Source: an uncultured Ignavibacteria bacterium
GTDB lineage: Bacteria; Zixibacteria; MSB-5A5; SM1-73
DNA length: 64,000 bases
Direction of reading: 5' to 3'
NCBI GenBank assembly: GCA_964580215.1
Contig: CAZOJT010000001.1
Location: 126,475 to 190,474, forward strand
Part shown: positions 28,401 to 37,911 of the stretch, in pieces
Numbering within the stretch: position 1 is the first letter of the stretch
Layout of the letters: each line of letters begins with the position of its first letter
Notes under the pieces: generated by a model
What the model was told of the DNA's origin: nothing
Seen by the model: only the letters and a program-made list of their open reading frames with translations
The model's database searches: none
Position numbers and translations under genes: made by a program

Positions 28401-28649
28401 GAAAAGGCTTTGCTCAGGGAATTCGAGGAGTCTGAATTACCGCTACAAGCTCGGAGTATTAGACTCTCTGCTCTTCGCAAGCTACCAGTTATTGACCTTC
28501 AAAAGCAAGCACAGCTAAGGAAATACATTGATGACTTAGTTTTTGCTCTGTATTTCAAAGTGAATTTGGAGAAAATAGGTTTTGAAAAGGCTAAATTAAT
28601 TGAAAAAAAGTGCGAGGAAAATAAATTTTACAAAACCATCCAATCTTAG
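25458..28649 (+). CDS. Single-polypeptide Type IIG/IIL-like restriction-modification enzyme (N-terminal nuclease-like domain + gamma-class N6-adenine methyltransferase + C-terminal putative target-recognition region)
   Basis: MTase motifs in gamma order: X GQYFTDPAVVNFMLRQV, I LIDPACGSGTFLY, IV DFVIGNPPYVGY. The N-terminus has RADIVIYVSPDITIPVEVEKY (PD..ExK-like). 1063 aa and markedly AT-rich versus its flanks. No hsdR/hsdS or BREX partners nearby. Confidence 0.65.
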   Translation: MSLKISQLKSKWNKEKNFYKTQEVGSGVQIFVKDVLKSEEIFNLKVGFASTPLERRRNEFVEEKKTKDSRRADIVIYVSPDITIPVEVEKYQNIEAGIGQLLQYQADLDKKYGILTDGYTWRFYNNNIFRKFTLNQILDETEEFLEFWKEYTKPEFYYLSFFESPGQLTLLKEIEKLLVEDNRLIFFEDIRKLIRGFKHKLNIEGYFEGLEKKEREKKAVEITYAYIIQFILYKTLVDNDFDDFKKEFSKKQNGIYECLKVKQFGKILGIINGISNEISKNIYRPFAKEQEFITNKILELFNKPKNELHEVSPWLDIFVFIKKYNFASVKNEIFGYIYENYLKELYEDKKKGQYFTDPAVVNFMLRQVGYTPEKLREKLRNDKESISLIDPACGSGTFLYSATNELIRAVPDGSEESSKTIEELVDNNIFGLDIAEFPLYLAEMNILMRMLPLIITEKYNNPIDKKIKVFLTKDSVAEFMDAGIENTINDIDVRRGQFPLFTRKLELGYKSYVRDEGDLSEMKQSMRPPRRRFDFVIGNPPYVGYNECSKQDVLVFNLLKKGEVSLGDIYSVNLHSIPNTRKKRPPKPNLYAFFIATGLVLLKDNGKLCYIIPQTILTAGDLDVLRYHLAKFTTIEKIITFSGKMFIGRGIKQNKPVATSSLIFIVSRKVPSRLHQVEIVNYEKSGDSIEDTLQNILDGKRIDRKKILQSKLLQNVANWNFVKQGKAFWGFCEAYKRNTENMGIYYNHAMAEHKFKSKFYFDIGYNINEKIMLKHPEGKGLIFSYPDLKDNFSTIKEFRGYWPNIRSGTSKYIIKLLKANQGYNLLDSPHKIIWSYANPKKFHFTSTPVIWARNQICAIGSKNKKELLYLFAILNSKVTNVILNSHLKSEQEKDLLVSITAVKEFVRVPRISDHTQFIKDEIIKRTEEMLELEERTLSDFVDFSGILLQKFKDIKVKKNYLVAIDGGKKTKLKITGDPALVEKALLREFEESELPLQARSIRLSALRKLPVIDLQKQAQLRKYIDDLVFALYFKVNLEKIGFEKAKLIEKKCEENKFYKTIQS

Positions 28650-28684
28650 AACTCTACGTTTCAAGAAAGAAGGAGCTATTTTCG

Positions 28685-30388
28685 ATGAGCAACATCGGTT
28701 CTTATGAGGAAAGATGTAAAGATTTTGATTGGTCTGTTGCCAAAAAGGAACTTTCATACAAAGAAGGCGATCCCCTTAATATCGGTTATTATTGTGCAGA
28801 CAGAAACTGCGATTTAGGTCTGGGCAATAAGTTAGCCTTAATCTGGCAAAGCTTCTCAGGTGAACAGAAAAGGTTTACCTTTGAAGATTTGAAGATACAC
28901 TCCAATTCATTTGCCCATCTGCTAAGTGAGAAGCTGGGAATGAAAAGCGGCGAGCGCATGGTTGTCTTTATGGACAAAATCCCCGAACTCTATTTTTCCT
29001 TTTTGGGAATTTTGAAAATGGGAGGAATTGCAGTCCCTCTTTTTTCTGCTTTTGGAGAGGATTCACTCCTTACCAGACTCAAGAACTGTAATGCTTCGGC
29101 TGTTTTGACCACCAGAAAGCTTGTGCCCAGAATAAGAAAGATTAAAGATAGGCTTCCGGATTTAAGACATGTGGTGATAATATCAGAAGATGAGAGCATT
29201 CCGGTAAAAGAACGTGAGATGGCGTTTTCTTATAGCAAAGCCCCCCGGATTGAATCATTTGAATCTTTTCCAGCTACTGCAGAGACACCTTCTGTGCTTC
29301 ACTACACTTCCGGAACAACCGGCCAGCCCAAAGGAGCACTGCATGTTCATGCCTCTATTTTCTCTCAATACCTGACCACCAAATGGGTTTTAGACTTAAG
29401 ACCGGACGATATTTACTGGTGCACTGCCGATCCGGGATGGGTTACTGGCACGTCTTACGGAATCATTGGTCCCTGGAGTTTGGGCATAACCCAGGTGGTT
29501 TTAGATGGAGGTTTTGTTCCGGAGAAATGGTATGAACTTATTCAGAAACATAAGATAACGGTCTGGTATTCCGCCCCGACCGCCATTCGGATGCTTATGA
29601 AAGCGGGAAAGGAGATTGTTAAGAAGTTTGATCTTTCGTCCCTCCGTCATCTATGCTCTGTGGGTGAACCGCTGAATCCTGAAGCTGTGATCTGGTCTAA
29701 GGAGGTCTATGGTTTACCTTTCCACGATACCTGGTGGCAGACAGAGACCGGGTGTATTTTGGTCTCAAATTATCCCGGAATGGAAATCAAGCCGGGATCA
29801 ATGGGCAAAGCTTTTCCTGGCATAACTGCCGCAGTTTTAAGCCACGAATTCGAGCCTATTACCGAGAAAGACAAACCCGGACTCCTAGCTTTAAGACCGC
29901 CCTGGCCCTCCATATTTCGGACCTACTGGAACAATAAAAGCGGATATGAGAGCAAATTCAAGAACGGATGGTATATAACCGGCGACAGATCAAGCATTGA
30001 TGAAGATGGATATTTCTGGTTTATGGGGCGGGATGATGACGTGATCAACGTAGCCGGACACTTAGTTGGTCCCTTTGAGATAGAGTCCGTACTTTTGGAA
30101 CATGAAGCGGTGGCAGAGTCTGCCGCCATAGGAAAACCGAATGAGATAAACATGGAGGTGGTTAAAGCTTTTGTGGCTTTAAAACCCGGATTTGAGCCGA
30201 CAGATGATCTGGAGCTTTCAATCATGAACTTCATTCGGAAGAAGCTGTCCTCCATCGCCATGCCCCAGGAGATCAAATTCGTCGATTCATTGCCCAAAAC
30301 CCGTAGCGGAAAAATCATGAGAAGAGTCTTGCGCGCCCAGGAGAGAGGTGAGCCGGTGGGTGATCTTTCTACTTTAGAGGATGATTAA
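28685..30388 (+). CDS. Acetyl-CoA-synthetase-family AMP-forming acyl-CoA/acyl-ACP ligase (short ACS-like, 567 aa)
   Basis: AMP-binding motif YTSGTTGQPKG and the ACS-type DTWWQTETG motif. C-terminal KTRSGKIMRR. Confidence 0.8.
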   Translation: MSNIGSYEERCKDFDWSVAKKELSYKEGDPLNIGYYCADRNCDLGLGNKLALIWQSFSGEQKRFTFEDLKIHSNSFAHLLSEKLGMKSGERMVVFMDKIPELYFSFLGILKMGGIAVPLFSAFGEDSLLTRLKNCNASAVLTTRKLVPRIRKIKDRLPDLRHVVIISEDESIPVKEREMAFSYSKAPRIESFESFPATAETPSVLHYTSGTTGQPKGALHVHASIFSQYLTTKWVLDLRPDDIYWCTADPGWVTGTSYGIIGPWSLGITQVVLDGGFVPEKWYELIQKHKITVWYSAPTAIRMLMKAGKEIVKKFDLSSLRHLCSVGEPLNPEAVIWSKEVYGLPFHDTWWQTETGCILVSNYPGMEIKPGSMGKAFPGITAAVLSHEFEPITEKDKPGLLALRPPWPSIFRTYWNNKSGYESKFKNGWYITGDRSSIDEDGYFWFMGRDDDVINVAGHLVGPFEIESVLLEHEAVAESAAIGKPNEINMEVVKAFVALKPGFEPTDDLELSIMNFIRKKLSSIAMPQEIKFVDSLPKTRSGKIMRRVLRAQERGEPVGDLSTLEDD

Positions 30389-30567
30389 GAATAGAATTTT
30401 TGAAGCTCAAAAATTTAGAAACTGGTATCGAGACTTGGCTTTCGATTCCCGGTGTCTCGTTACTGTGGAAAACGAATAAAAAAGTTGACATGTTGTCCGC
30501 AGTCCATGGGACGTGTCATGTTGAGCGAAGCGAAACATCTCACAATATATTTGCAAGGAGGACTTAA

Positions 30568-30804
30568 ATGAAAGAGGAACTGATTGAGTACATAAAAAAA
30601 GAATTTGTGGAAGATCCGGACGAAGAGATCGATGAAGCTACTCCTTTGATATCCTCAGGATTGATCGATTCGCTCTCCATCGTCTCTTTGGTGGCATTCA
30701 TAGACAAGAAATTTGGGGTGAAAATCCCGGACGAGAAGGGAGTAGTTGAGAATTTTGAGACGGCAAACAAAATCATCGAAACGATCAACGAATGCAAAGG
30801 TTAA
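30568..30804 (+). CDS. Acyl carrier protein-like (phosphopantetheine-binding) small protein
   Basis: 78 aa and acidic. It carries an LIDSLSIVSL motif (Ser in DSL as the putative 4'-PP attachment site). RBS GGAGGA. Confidence 0.6.
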   Translation: MKEELIEYIKKEFVEDPDEEIDEATPLISSGLIDSLSIVSLVAFIDKKFGVKIPDEKGVVENFETANKIIETINECKG

Positions 30805-30835
30805 CACGTTCGCTGTTCGTCACGGACTTGTCCTG

Positions 30836-30895
30836 ATCCCCCGCCAAAGGTGTGAACCACATGGTTTACACCAAAGGCGGGGGAGAATGGACGCC
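30836..30895. repeat. Long GC-rich hairpin (cccccgccaaaggtgtgaaccacatggtttacaccaaaggcggggg)
   Basis: Related hairpins occur at 24222-24256 (ggaggtgtgaaccatacggttcatac) and 37693-37720 (ggtatgaactgtatggttcatacc). Confidence 0.5.
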
Positions 30896-30982
30896 TCGTC
30901 CGTGACGCTACGTTTACTGGTATCGGATGGGTCGTCCGATACCAACCAGAGAAATGAGGTAATGATCAACTAGGAGGTAATT

Positions 30983-32227
30983 ATGGCTTACGGAAAAGCT
31001 AAAGAATTTTATCAAAATGAGTTAAAGAGCATAAAAGATGGCGGGCTATATAAGGAGGAGAGGTATATACACACTCCTCAAGGCGCGGACGTTAAGGTGG
31101 AGTATCCCGAAGGGTCGGCCGCCAAGGAGGTCATCAATTTCTGTGCCAACAACTACCTGGGACTCTCCAGCCATCCGGAGGTTATGGAAGCGGCTCGAAA
31201 AGGGTTGGATGACCGGGGTTATGGGATGTCATCCGTAAGATTCATCTGCGGCACCCAGGATATACACAAACAGTTGGAGAGGAAGCTGAGCGAATTTCTG
31301 GGGATGGAGGATACCATTCTTTTCCCTTCTTGCATGGATGCCAACGCCGCAGTTTTTGAGGTGCTTTTGGACAAAGAGGATGCCATTATTGCCGACAGAC
31401 TGGTTCACGCCTCCATCGTGGATGGTATGAAGCTCTGTAATGCTCAACAATATAATTATAAGCATTCGGACATGGCACATCTGGAGGAAAAACTGAAGGA
31501 GGCGGAGGGTGCCCGGTTTCGCATGATCGCCACCGATGGTGCCTTTTCTATGGACGGAGATATAGCTAAACTTGACGAAATCTGTGCCCTGGCGGAAAAG
31601 TACGATGCCATGGTGTTGGTGGATGATTCTCATGCCTCAGGATTTATCGGAAAAACGGGGAGGGGAACACACGAGTTGTGTGGGGTAATGGGCAAGGTGG
31701 ACATAATCACCACCACCTTAGGTAAAGCTTTAGGAGGAGCTTCGGGTGGTTGTGTGAGTGGTCGTAAGGAGATCGTGGAGATGCTCAGGCAGCGAGGCAG
31801 ACCATATCTTTTCTCCAACACCGTAGCACCGGTGATTGTCGCCGCCGCCAATACGGTTTTAGACCTTATCTCAAAAACCACAGACAGGCGGGATAAGCTC
31901 GAAAAGAATACTCTGTACTTCAGAAAGAAGATGACCGAGGCGGGTTTCGATATCAAGGAAGGGATTCATCCCATCGTCCCCATCATGCTTTATAACGCCA
32001 AATTAGCTCAGGATTTTGCTAAAGACCTCTATTCTGAAGGCATATTCGTCATCGGATTCTTCTATCCGGTGGTTGCCCGAGGTCAGGCTCGGATACGAGT
32101 TCAGATCTCGGCAGTTCATGAGATGGAGCATCTGGATAAAGCCATCGAAGCCTTCACCAAAATCGGCAAAAAATACGATATCCTGGGAAAAAAGAAAAAA
32201 GAGATTGTGGCAATGTATGGACTTTGA
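30983..32227 (+). CDS. kbl: 2-amino-3-ketobutyrate CoA ligase (glycine C-acetyltransferase), class II PLP alpha-oxoamine synthase
   Basis: Near-collinear with E. coli Kbl: EFYQNEL...GLYKEER, VINFCANNYLGLSSHPE, SVRFICGTQDIHKQLE, ATDGAFSMDGDIA, DDSHASGFIGKTGRG, TTTLGKALGGASGG. Confidence 0.85.
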   Translation: MAYGKAKEFYQNELKSIKDGGLYKEERYIHTPQGADVKVEYPEGSAAKEVINFCANNYLGLSSHPEVMEAARKGLDDRGYGMSSVRFICGTQDIHKQLERKLSEFLGMEDTILFPSCMDANAAVFEVLLDKEDAIIADRLVHASIVDGMKLCNAQQYNYKHSDMAHLEEKLKEAEGARFRMIATDGAFSMDGDIAKLDEICALAEKYDAMVLVDDSHASGFIGKTGRGTHELCGVMGKVDIITTTLGKALGGASGGCVSGRKEIVEMLRQRGRPYLFSNTVAPVIVAAANTVLDLISKTTDRRDKLEKNTLYFRKKMTEAGFDIKEGIHPIVPIMLYNAKLAQDFAKDLYSEGIFVIGFFYPVVARGQARIRVQISAVHEMEHLDKAIEAFTKIGKKYDILGKKKKEIVAMYGL

Positions 32228-32301
32228 TTTAAACGGTTCAGATTTTCGTTCCGACAAAGATCGGACGATTTGTCTGCGTTGAGAAAGCTTATTAACGCAT
32301 A

Positions 32302-32335
32302 GGGCAGGGCATTTAGCCCTGCCCAGAGCTTTTTA
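32302..32335 (+). terminator. Rho-independent terminator after kbl
   Basis: gggcagggc-attta-gccctgccc followed by agagcTTTTT. Confidence 0.5.
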
Positions 32336-32371
32336 ATAAATCCTTAGGTCATAGACCCAGTGTAGAAACCG

Positions 32372-32878
32372 ATGATCAAACTAACCAGCAAAGACATAAC
32401 CTTAACCGCCCTTTTTATCACTTTGGGAGTGACTATTCCCATCGTGTTCCATCAGATGGCTTTGGCAGGGAGGATATTTTCGCCCATGCACATCCCTGTT
32501 TTTTTGGCAGGAATATTTGTAGGTCCGGTGAGCGGATTGATCGTGGGGCTGGTCTGTCCGGGCATGAGTTTTTTGCTCACCGGCATGCCTCCTCCCTATG
32601 CGGTCCCTCTGATGAGTCTGGAATTGCCGGTTTACGGAATCTCCATCGGGATACTCATAAGGGTTATAAAGGTTCCTATCCTCTCTCTTTTGTTGGCTAT
32701 GATTCTGGGTCGTCTGGCTTTTGCCTTTGGACTTTTCATTTTCGGTCTGTTTTTGTCTCTTCCGTATGGACCGAAAGAGTTCATAAAGGTCTCCGTGATC
32801 ACCGGACTTCCCGGAATCGCCATCCAGCTTGTTTTAATCCCCCTATTGATTGAGACAATTCAATTGGCTAAGAAATAA
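32372..32878 (+). CDS. ECF-transporter S-component-like small membrane protein
   Basis: 168 aa with about 5-6 TM helices. The N-terminus LTALFITLGVTIPIVFHQ...MHIPVFLAGIFVGPVSGLIVG resembles ECF substrate-capture components. Confidence 0.5.
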   Translation: MIKLTSKDITLTALFITLGVTIPIVFHQMALAGRIFSPMHIPVFLAGIFVGPVSGLIVGLVCPGMSFLLTGMPPPYAVPLMSLELPVYGISIGILIRVIKVPILSLLLAMILGRLAFAFGLFIFGLFLSLPYGPKEFIKVSVITGLPGIAIQLVLIPLLIETIQLAKK

Positions 32879-33067
32879 CGTCTTCACCACTTCAGGTTTT
32901 GGATTCTATTTCCGACGGCGTTTTTACATCGTTGATTCTGTGCGTCGGGGGCAAAAATTTTTTTGGCGGATATCTGGTCTCATTTCAATTAAGTCCCTCC
33001 TTTTTTTGCCGATCTTAACTATTGACTCGTCCCTTCTTAAAAATCGTCCCACCTTCACGGAGTCAAA

Positions 33068-34600
33068 ATGGATACATTTGAAAAAAAGCTAAGAAAGATT
33101 CAGAGACGAGATTGGCAGATATGGATTTTAATGCTCGGCATGTTTTTGGTCTTCGCCACCTTCATCGTTGTGGTGATTTTCTACTCCGATCTTCAACGGC
33201 TTTATGAAGAGCAAATAGACGCCCAAATGTTCAACGTTCTGCTTTTGGGGTTTGTGGCCCTTTCTTTACTCTTTATTGGCTACGTGGTACTGAAGGAGAT
33301 GGCTATCAAGAAGCTTCAAAAGGAACTTATGGAACGCAGGATCACCTTCCAGGTTTTGGAGCAACGTTTGAGGGATATTCAAGAGGCATTTGAGGTGATC
33401 ACCTTGGTTAACTCCGAAATGGTGCTCTCCATGGTCTTGGACACCATATCCATCAAAGCCCTTAAAACCCTCGGCGGAGACCAGTGTTCGCTTTTTCTTT
33501 ATGATCCTGAGATAGATAAACTACGCTGCGTTTCGGTTTGGGGTCCCCAAAGCGATCTGATTAAAAATGCAGTAATGGCGGTGGGAAAAAGCGTTGCTGG
33601 ATGGGTGATGCAACATGGAAAACCCCTGCATCTGGGTGAGAACTTAAATGAGAGTCAGTTTTCAGATTTCATCAAAAAGGACAAAAAGATCGCCTCCAGT
33701 TTATGCGTGCCCCTGATGGTGAAAAATAAAGCTAAAGGGGTTTTAAACATCAGTCTATTTGATAAGAAGAAAGAATTCACCGAAACCGATCTGAAGATAA
33801 TCTCCATATTTGCTGAAAATGCCGCCATCTCCATTGAGAAAGCAGAACTTTATGAGAAATTGAGAAAACAGGCGGAGGACTTGAAAAACGCCATCGTCAA
33901 ATTGAAAACCACTCAGGATCGACTTGTCCAACCACAAACGCTTAGGGCTTTGAGCAACTTAGTCAGTGGAATGGCACATGATTTCAATAGCACTTCTACC
34001 GCGATTCTGGATATGATTCCATTGCTTTTAAGGGAGATGGAAGGAGTGGCGGTTCCAGAAGGTACTAAAAAGAACGTATTGAAACAGTTGAAGATTATAG
34101 AAAAACTGGCAACCAATGAGGCAGAGACGGCAAAGCACATTCAGGCATTTGCCAGAACCTTTCAAGCAGGCTCAGAAAAAGATCGTGAGGAGCTGGACAT
34201 CAATGCTATCGTACGGGAGGCGGTGGAGGTAACCAAGCCCAAGTGGAAGAATGAAGTTAAGCTTAAAGGGATGCAGAAAGGAATGGAAACGGAGTTGAAA
34301 AGCTTTTAAATCCTGAGGGTAATCCCTCGGAGATAAGAAAGGTCTTGACCCCATATGATATTTAACCCCATCGACGCCCGACCAGATGGAGGCAAAATAA
34401 AAAACCGCATCAACAAGTTGATGCACTCCGGGAAAATCTGCAGGGATGAACCCTGCGCTACGCAGGCTTTGTTGGGGCAGGGGTTTAACCCCTGCCCCAA
34501 CTTAAGACAAGCTCTTCAGGATAAACTTGGGCACTACATTTGTAGGTCCGCAATGCTCTCATTGGGGGACTTTCGGACAATTAATTTTGTAGTTGCCTGA
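33068..34600 (+). pseudogene. GAF-domain sensor histidine kinase, disrupted in the HATPase region (3 in-frame stops, apparent -1/+1 indel pair in T-runs, degenerate G-boxes)
   Basis: The TM, GAF and HisKA (SGMAHDFNST) regions are intact to 34309. The N-box is readable only by frame-hopping: ...ELKSF / LNPEGNPSEIRKVLTPYDI / FNPIDARPDGGKIKNRI. The downstream G1/G2 boxes are degraded. Confidence 0.5.
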
Positions 34601-34983
34601 TTCTTCCAAGTATCTTGAGGTCAGGCTAAGGATAGCTACATGAATCGAGTCTCCAGATTCAAATCCTATGGATCCATAGGGTAAACAACTACAAAAGAAA
34701 TCATGGTGCAGATTTGCCTTTTAACCTGCTGTTCTTAAGAGTTCGTATGCTCTTCCAACCTACCTTACTTTCCCATGAAGGCAGACTAAGCGAGACAACT
34801 AACTTCCTGGAAATCAAGGCCTTATTCCATCAATCACTACAAAATCGCATAATTTGATCAGTCGTTAATATTCCCAATTAGAAAATTTCCACATTTTAAC
34901 TATCGGTGGAATAAATAGTTAGAGGGCGAGCTTGTTTCAGCCATCTCTCTGAAAAAAATATTGTGATTGCGATATGTTTTTTG

Positions 34984-35012
34984 TTGACAAATTGGCATCG
35001 GTGGTGTAAAAT
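34984..35012 (+). promoter_or_regulatory. Canonical sigma-70 promoter TTGACA-17-TAAAAT upstream of the GH35 gene
   Basis: TTGACA at 34984-34989, a 17-nt spacer, then TAAAAT at 35007-35012, about 120 nt upstream of the ATG. Confidence 0.5.
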
Positions 35013-35132
35013 GATAAGAATTGTAACCAATCTCTGGAGCGGACTGATTAGAAAACGTTCTGGCGATTTTGGATAAGTCGATGTGGTTAAGTGTCTTATT
35101 GGCAATAATTCTATTCTCAGAAAAGGAGAAAT

Positions 35133-37379
35133 ATGCTGAAGGTTGCCAACAATAAATTGATTATTGGAAAAGAAGAGTATTATCCATTTTCAGCTGAGAT
35201 GCACTATTTCCGGGTTAGCAAGAGATACTGGTCAATTTGCTTTGAGCGAATCAGAAAGGCGGGATTTAGAATCATCTCCACCCGTGTACCTTGGAATCTG
35301 CATGAGTCGGTCATAGGTGACTTCGATTTCATGGGAATCACAGATCATACCAAAGATTTGGTTGTTTTCTTGGAACTGGCAAGAGAGTTTGGACTCAAGG
35401 TGATTCTTCATCCCGGTCCCTTTATAGATTCTGATTGGAAAAATGGAGGGTATCCTGACTTTTTATATAACAGTCCTGAGATTTTTGCAAAAGATCCCAA
35501 TGGCGAGCCGGTCAAAATATTCGCAGAATCCAAAATCGAATCAGCAGGAATGGATCACACAGGGACAGGGAAAGAGGGGGTCTTTTCGCCGCTTCATCCT
35601 CGGTTTTTAACTCACGTTAAAAGATACTTGGGCGCCCTTTCAGATACAATAAAAAACTACATCTACCCCAAAGGTCCGGTGATTTTGGTAAAGCTGGACA
35701 ACGGGCTCTTATCTTTCCGTCCTGACCAGTCGCCCGAAAACCTAAATCCGTTTAACTCAGACTACAACGAGCATCTGATCAACACCCTTTTCCCAGAATA
35801 TCTTAAGGGGAAATATGAGGATATTAAAAAGCTGAATAAGCTTTATGGAGAGAGGCATCGCGATTTCAAGGATGTGAAACCTCCTGCTGAGTTGAAGATA
35901 TCAAAGCCTCAGAATCTGATCAGGTATTTCGATTGGGTCGGCTTTAAGGAAAAAATTTCCGCTGATTTTGTTTTAAAGCTGAAGGAACTATATCTATCTT
36001 TTGACGTCTCCCCTCTGTTTTCCACTGATCTTTTCTTATCTAAGGATTTTTCCTTGCCTTTCAACTGGAAGGCTTCAGAGTCTGATGATCTTTTTTGTGG
36101 AATAAGCCTGCAATGGCAGAATGATTATGTGGAGCTGGCTCGTCATCTGCGATATTTTACCACCTGTTGTAAATTTCCCTGGTCTTCGGAATTCACTGTG
36201 GGATCGCGGGCAGACTCACCCAAGGAGGCTGAAAAGTATTTTCCAATGTCTCCAAGAAAAGTTAAGCTCCTTCTGACCACCGCTTTGGCGTCTGGGATAA
36301 GGGGGTTCAATCATTACATGTTTGTAGAAAGAGATCACTGGTATGATGCACCTTTAGCCAATGACGGAACCATCCGCCCCAGTTTTGATCTGATTAAAAA
36401 ATTCAATGAGCTGATTGTCAGGATTCAACTGGAAAATCTGAAATCTTTTCCCCAGGTGGGATTGGCAAATTACCGCCCCTATCTCTGGTTTGATTATCTG
36501 TCCCATGAACAGTTGACTAAAATGAGATCAGGAGGAAAACCCTCAGAGCCTTTTTCCTATCTGCCATTTTTGCTTTCTAAAACCCACAAGGGATTGAGTC
36601 AGGATTTGATCAACCTGAAGCTTGACCATGGAATGCCGGATCTATGGGTTGAAGAGAGTCTGGAGGACTTCCCGGTTCTTATGGTGCCTTGTGCCGAATT
36701 CATGGATGCGGAGACTCAACAGCTTCTGGTGAACTTGGCTAAGGCGGGAAAAACCTTGATCCTGTTTGGTCTTTTGCCCCGATTTGACCTGAATATGAAA
36801 CAGCGTAGGCTTCTCTCCGATTCTTTAAAACTACAGACTAAGGTTCAATCCTGCGTGGGCAAAGTGCAAACTTCTGATCAGGAAATCATCACTTTTCTTT
36901 ATGGATATATAAGGGGAGCTAAGAGGTCTCAAGTTCTGGCAAAATACCAGGATCGACCGGTGGGGGTGGTTTCAAAATTAGGCAAAGGACGTGTTTTTGT
37001 TTTCACCTTCGATATCTCCGCTCAACTTTCTCACCACAAGCTTTCCTTCCTGGAAGAAGTACTGGGCCGGGCAGGTGTCCAGAGCCAAATATATTGTGAT
37101 GCTCCAGAGGTAGATTTGGTGTTGCAAAAAGATGAGAAAAACACCATCCTCTATCTAATCAATCCTTCCGAGCAGAATTCCTCCATAAATGGAAAAGATC
37201 AAAGAAAGTTAGTACTGCAATTTGATCCCCGAAAGTTGGGAATAAAGGGGAAAAGACTCCGTTTGGTTGATCTTCTGGGAGATGAAGTCATAAAAACCTC
37301 GCCAGAGGAGTTGAAAACTGGACTCATTATAAATATCGCCCCACAAGATAGCCGGATGTATTTAATAGGAACAAGATAG
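35133..37379 (+). CDS. Glycoside hydrolase family 35-like beta-galactosidase
   Basis: The N-terminal catalytic barrel matches the GH35 pattern: YYPFSAEMHYFRV...RIRKAGFRIISTRVPWNLHESVIGDFDF...LKVILHPGPFIDSDWKNGGYPDFL. Confidence 0.7.
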   Translation: MLKVANNKLIIGKEEYYPFSAEMHYFRVSKRYWSICFERIRKAGFRIISTRVPWNLHESVIGDFDFMGITDHTKDLVVFLELAREFGLKVILHPGPFIDSDWKNGGYPDFLYNSPEIFAKDPNGEPVKIFAESKIESAGMDHTGTGKEGVFSPLHPRFLTHVKRYLGALSDTIKNYIYPKGPVILVKLDNGLLSFRPDQSPENLNPFNSDYNEHLINTLFPEYLKGKYEDIKKLNKLYGERHRDFKDVKPPAELKISKPQNLIRYFDWVGFKEKISADFVLKLKELYLSFDVSPLFSTDLFLSKDFSLPFNWKASESDDLFCGISLQWQNDYVELARHLRYFTTCCKFPWSSEFTVGSRADSPKEAEKYFPMSPRKVKLLLTTALASGIRGFNHYMFVERDHWYDAPLANDGTIRPSFDLIKKFNELIVRIQLENLKSFPQVGLANYRPYLWFDYLSHEQLTKMRSGGKPSEPFSYLPFLLSKTHKGLSQDLINLKLDHGMPDLWVEESLEDFPVLMVPCAEFMDAETQQLLVNLAKAGKTLILFGLLPRFDLNMKQRRLLSDSLKLQTKVQSCVGKVQTSDQEIITFLYGYIRGAKRSQVLAKYQDRPVGVVSKLGKGRVFVFTFDISAQLSHHKLSFLEEVLGRAGVQSQIYCDAPEVDLVLQKDEKNTILYLINPSEQNSSINGKDQRKLVLQFDPRKLGIKGKRLRLVDLLGDEVIKTSPEELKTGLIINIAPQDSRMYLIGTR

Positions 37380-37911
37380 AGTATCTCCTGCCTTACGAGT
37401 TCGAGAATAAACCTTCAAGTGATCAAATCCAGTTCTTTTCTTTTCTTATCTTTCGCATTCTGTAGGAGACTGTCCGAGAAATGCAAAAATCATGTTTTAG
37501 ATGCCCATATATTGCGGTATGAGATTGTAGTTGCCCAATTTATTGGGCTCGATAAATCGAGCAACTATATTCTCAGACACGCTCCTTAGAAAATCAAGGG
37601 CTCGAAGGAGATCTAATGAGCTGATAGATGATTATGATGCAAAAAAAGGATTCTTTACTCTAAGTATCTTGAATAAAGGAACTTGTCCAGAGGTATGAAC
37701 TGTATGGTTCATACCAGGGAAAGGGAGGGTAGCCGCAGGTCAGTTGACTCAAATGAGCTTCAGCCTGCGGGGTAGTAGTGCAAGAATGGGATAATTACTT
37801 TTTTGTCTCAATTCACTCTAAATGAGCAGAAGAACAAGAACTCGGCTTTGGATTTTCGTGTTTTTGGTGTTGTCGACCTTTATTGTCCATTGCCGGAAAG
37901 GAAAAAGAGAA

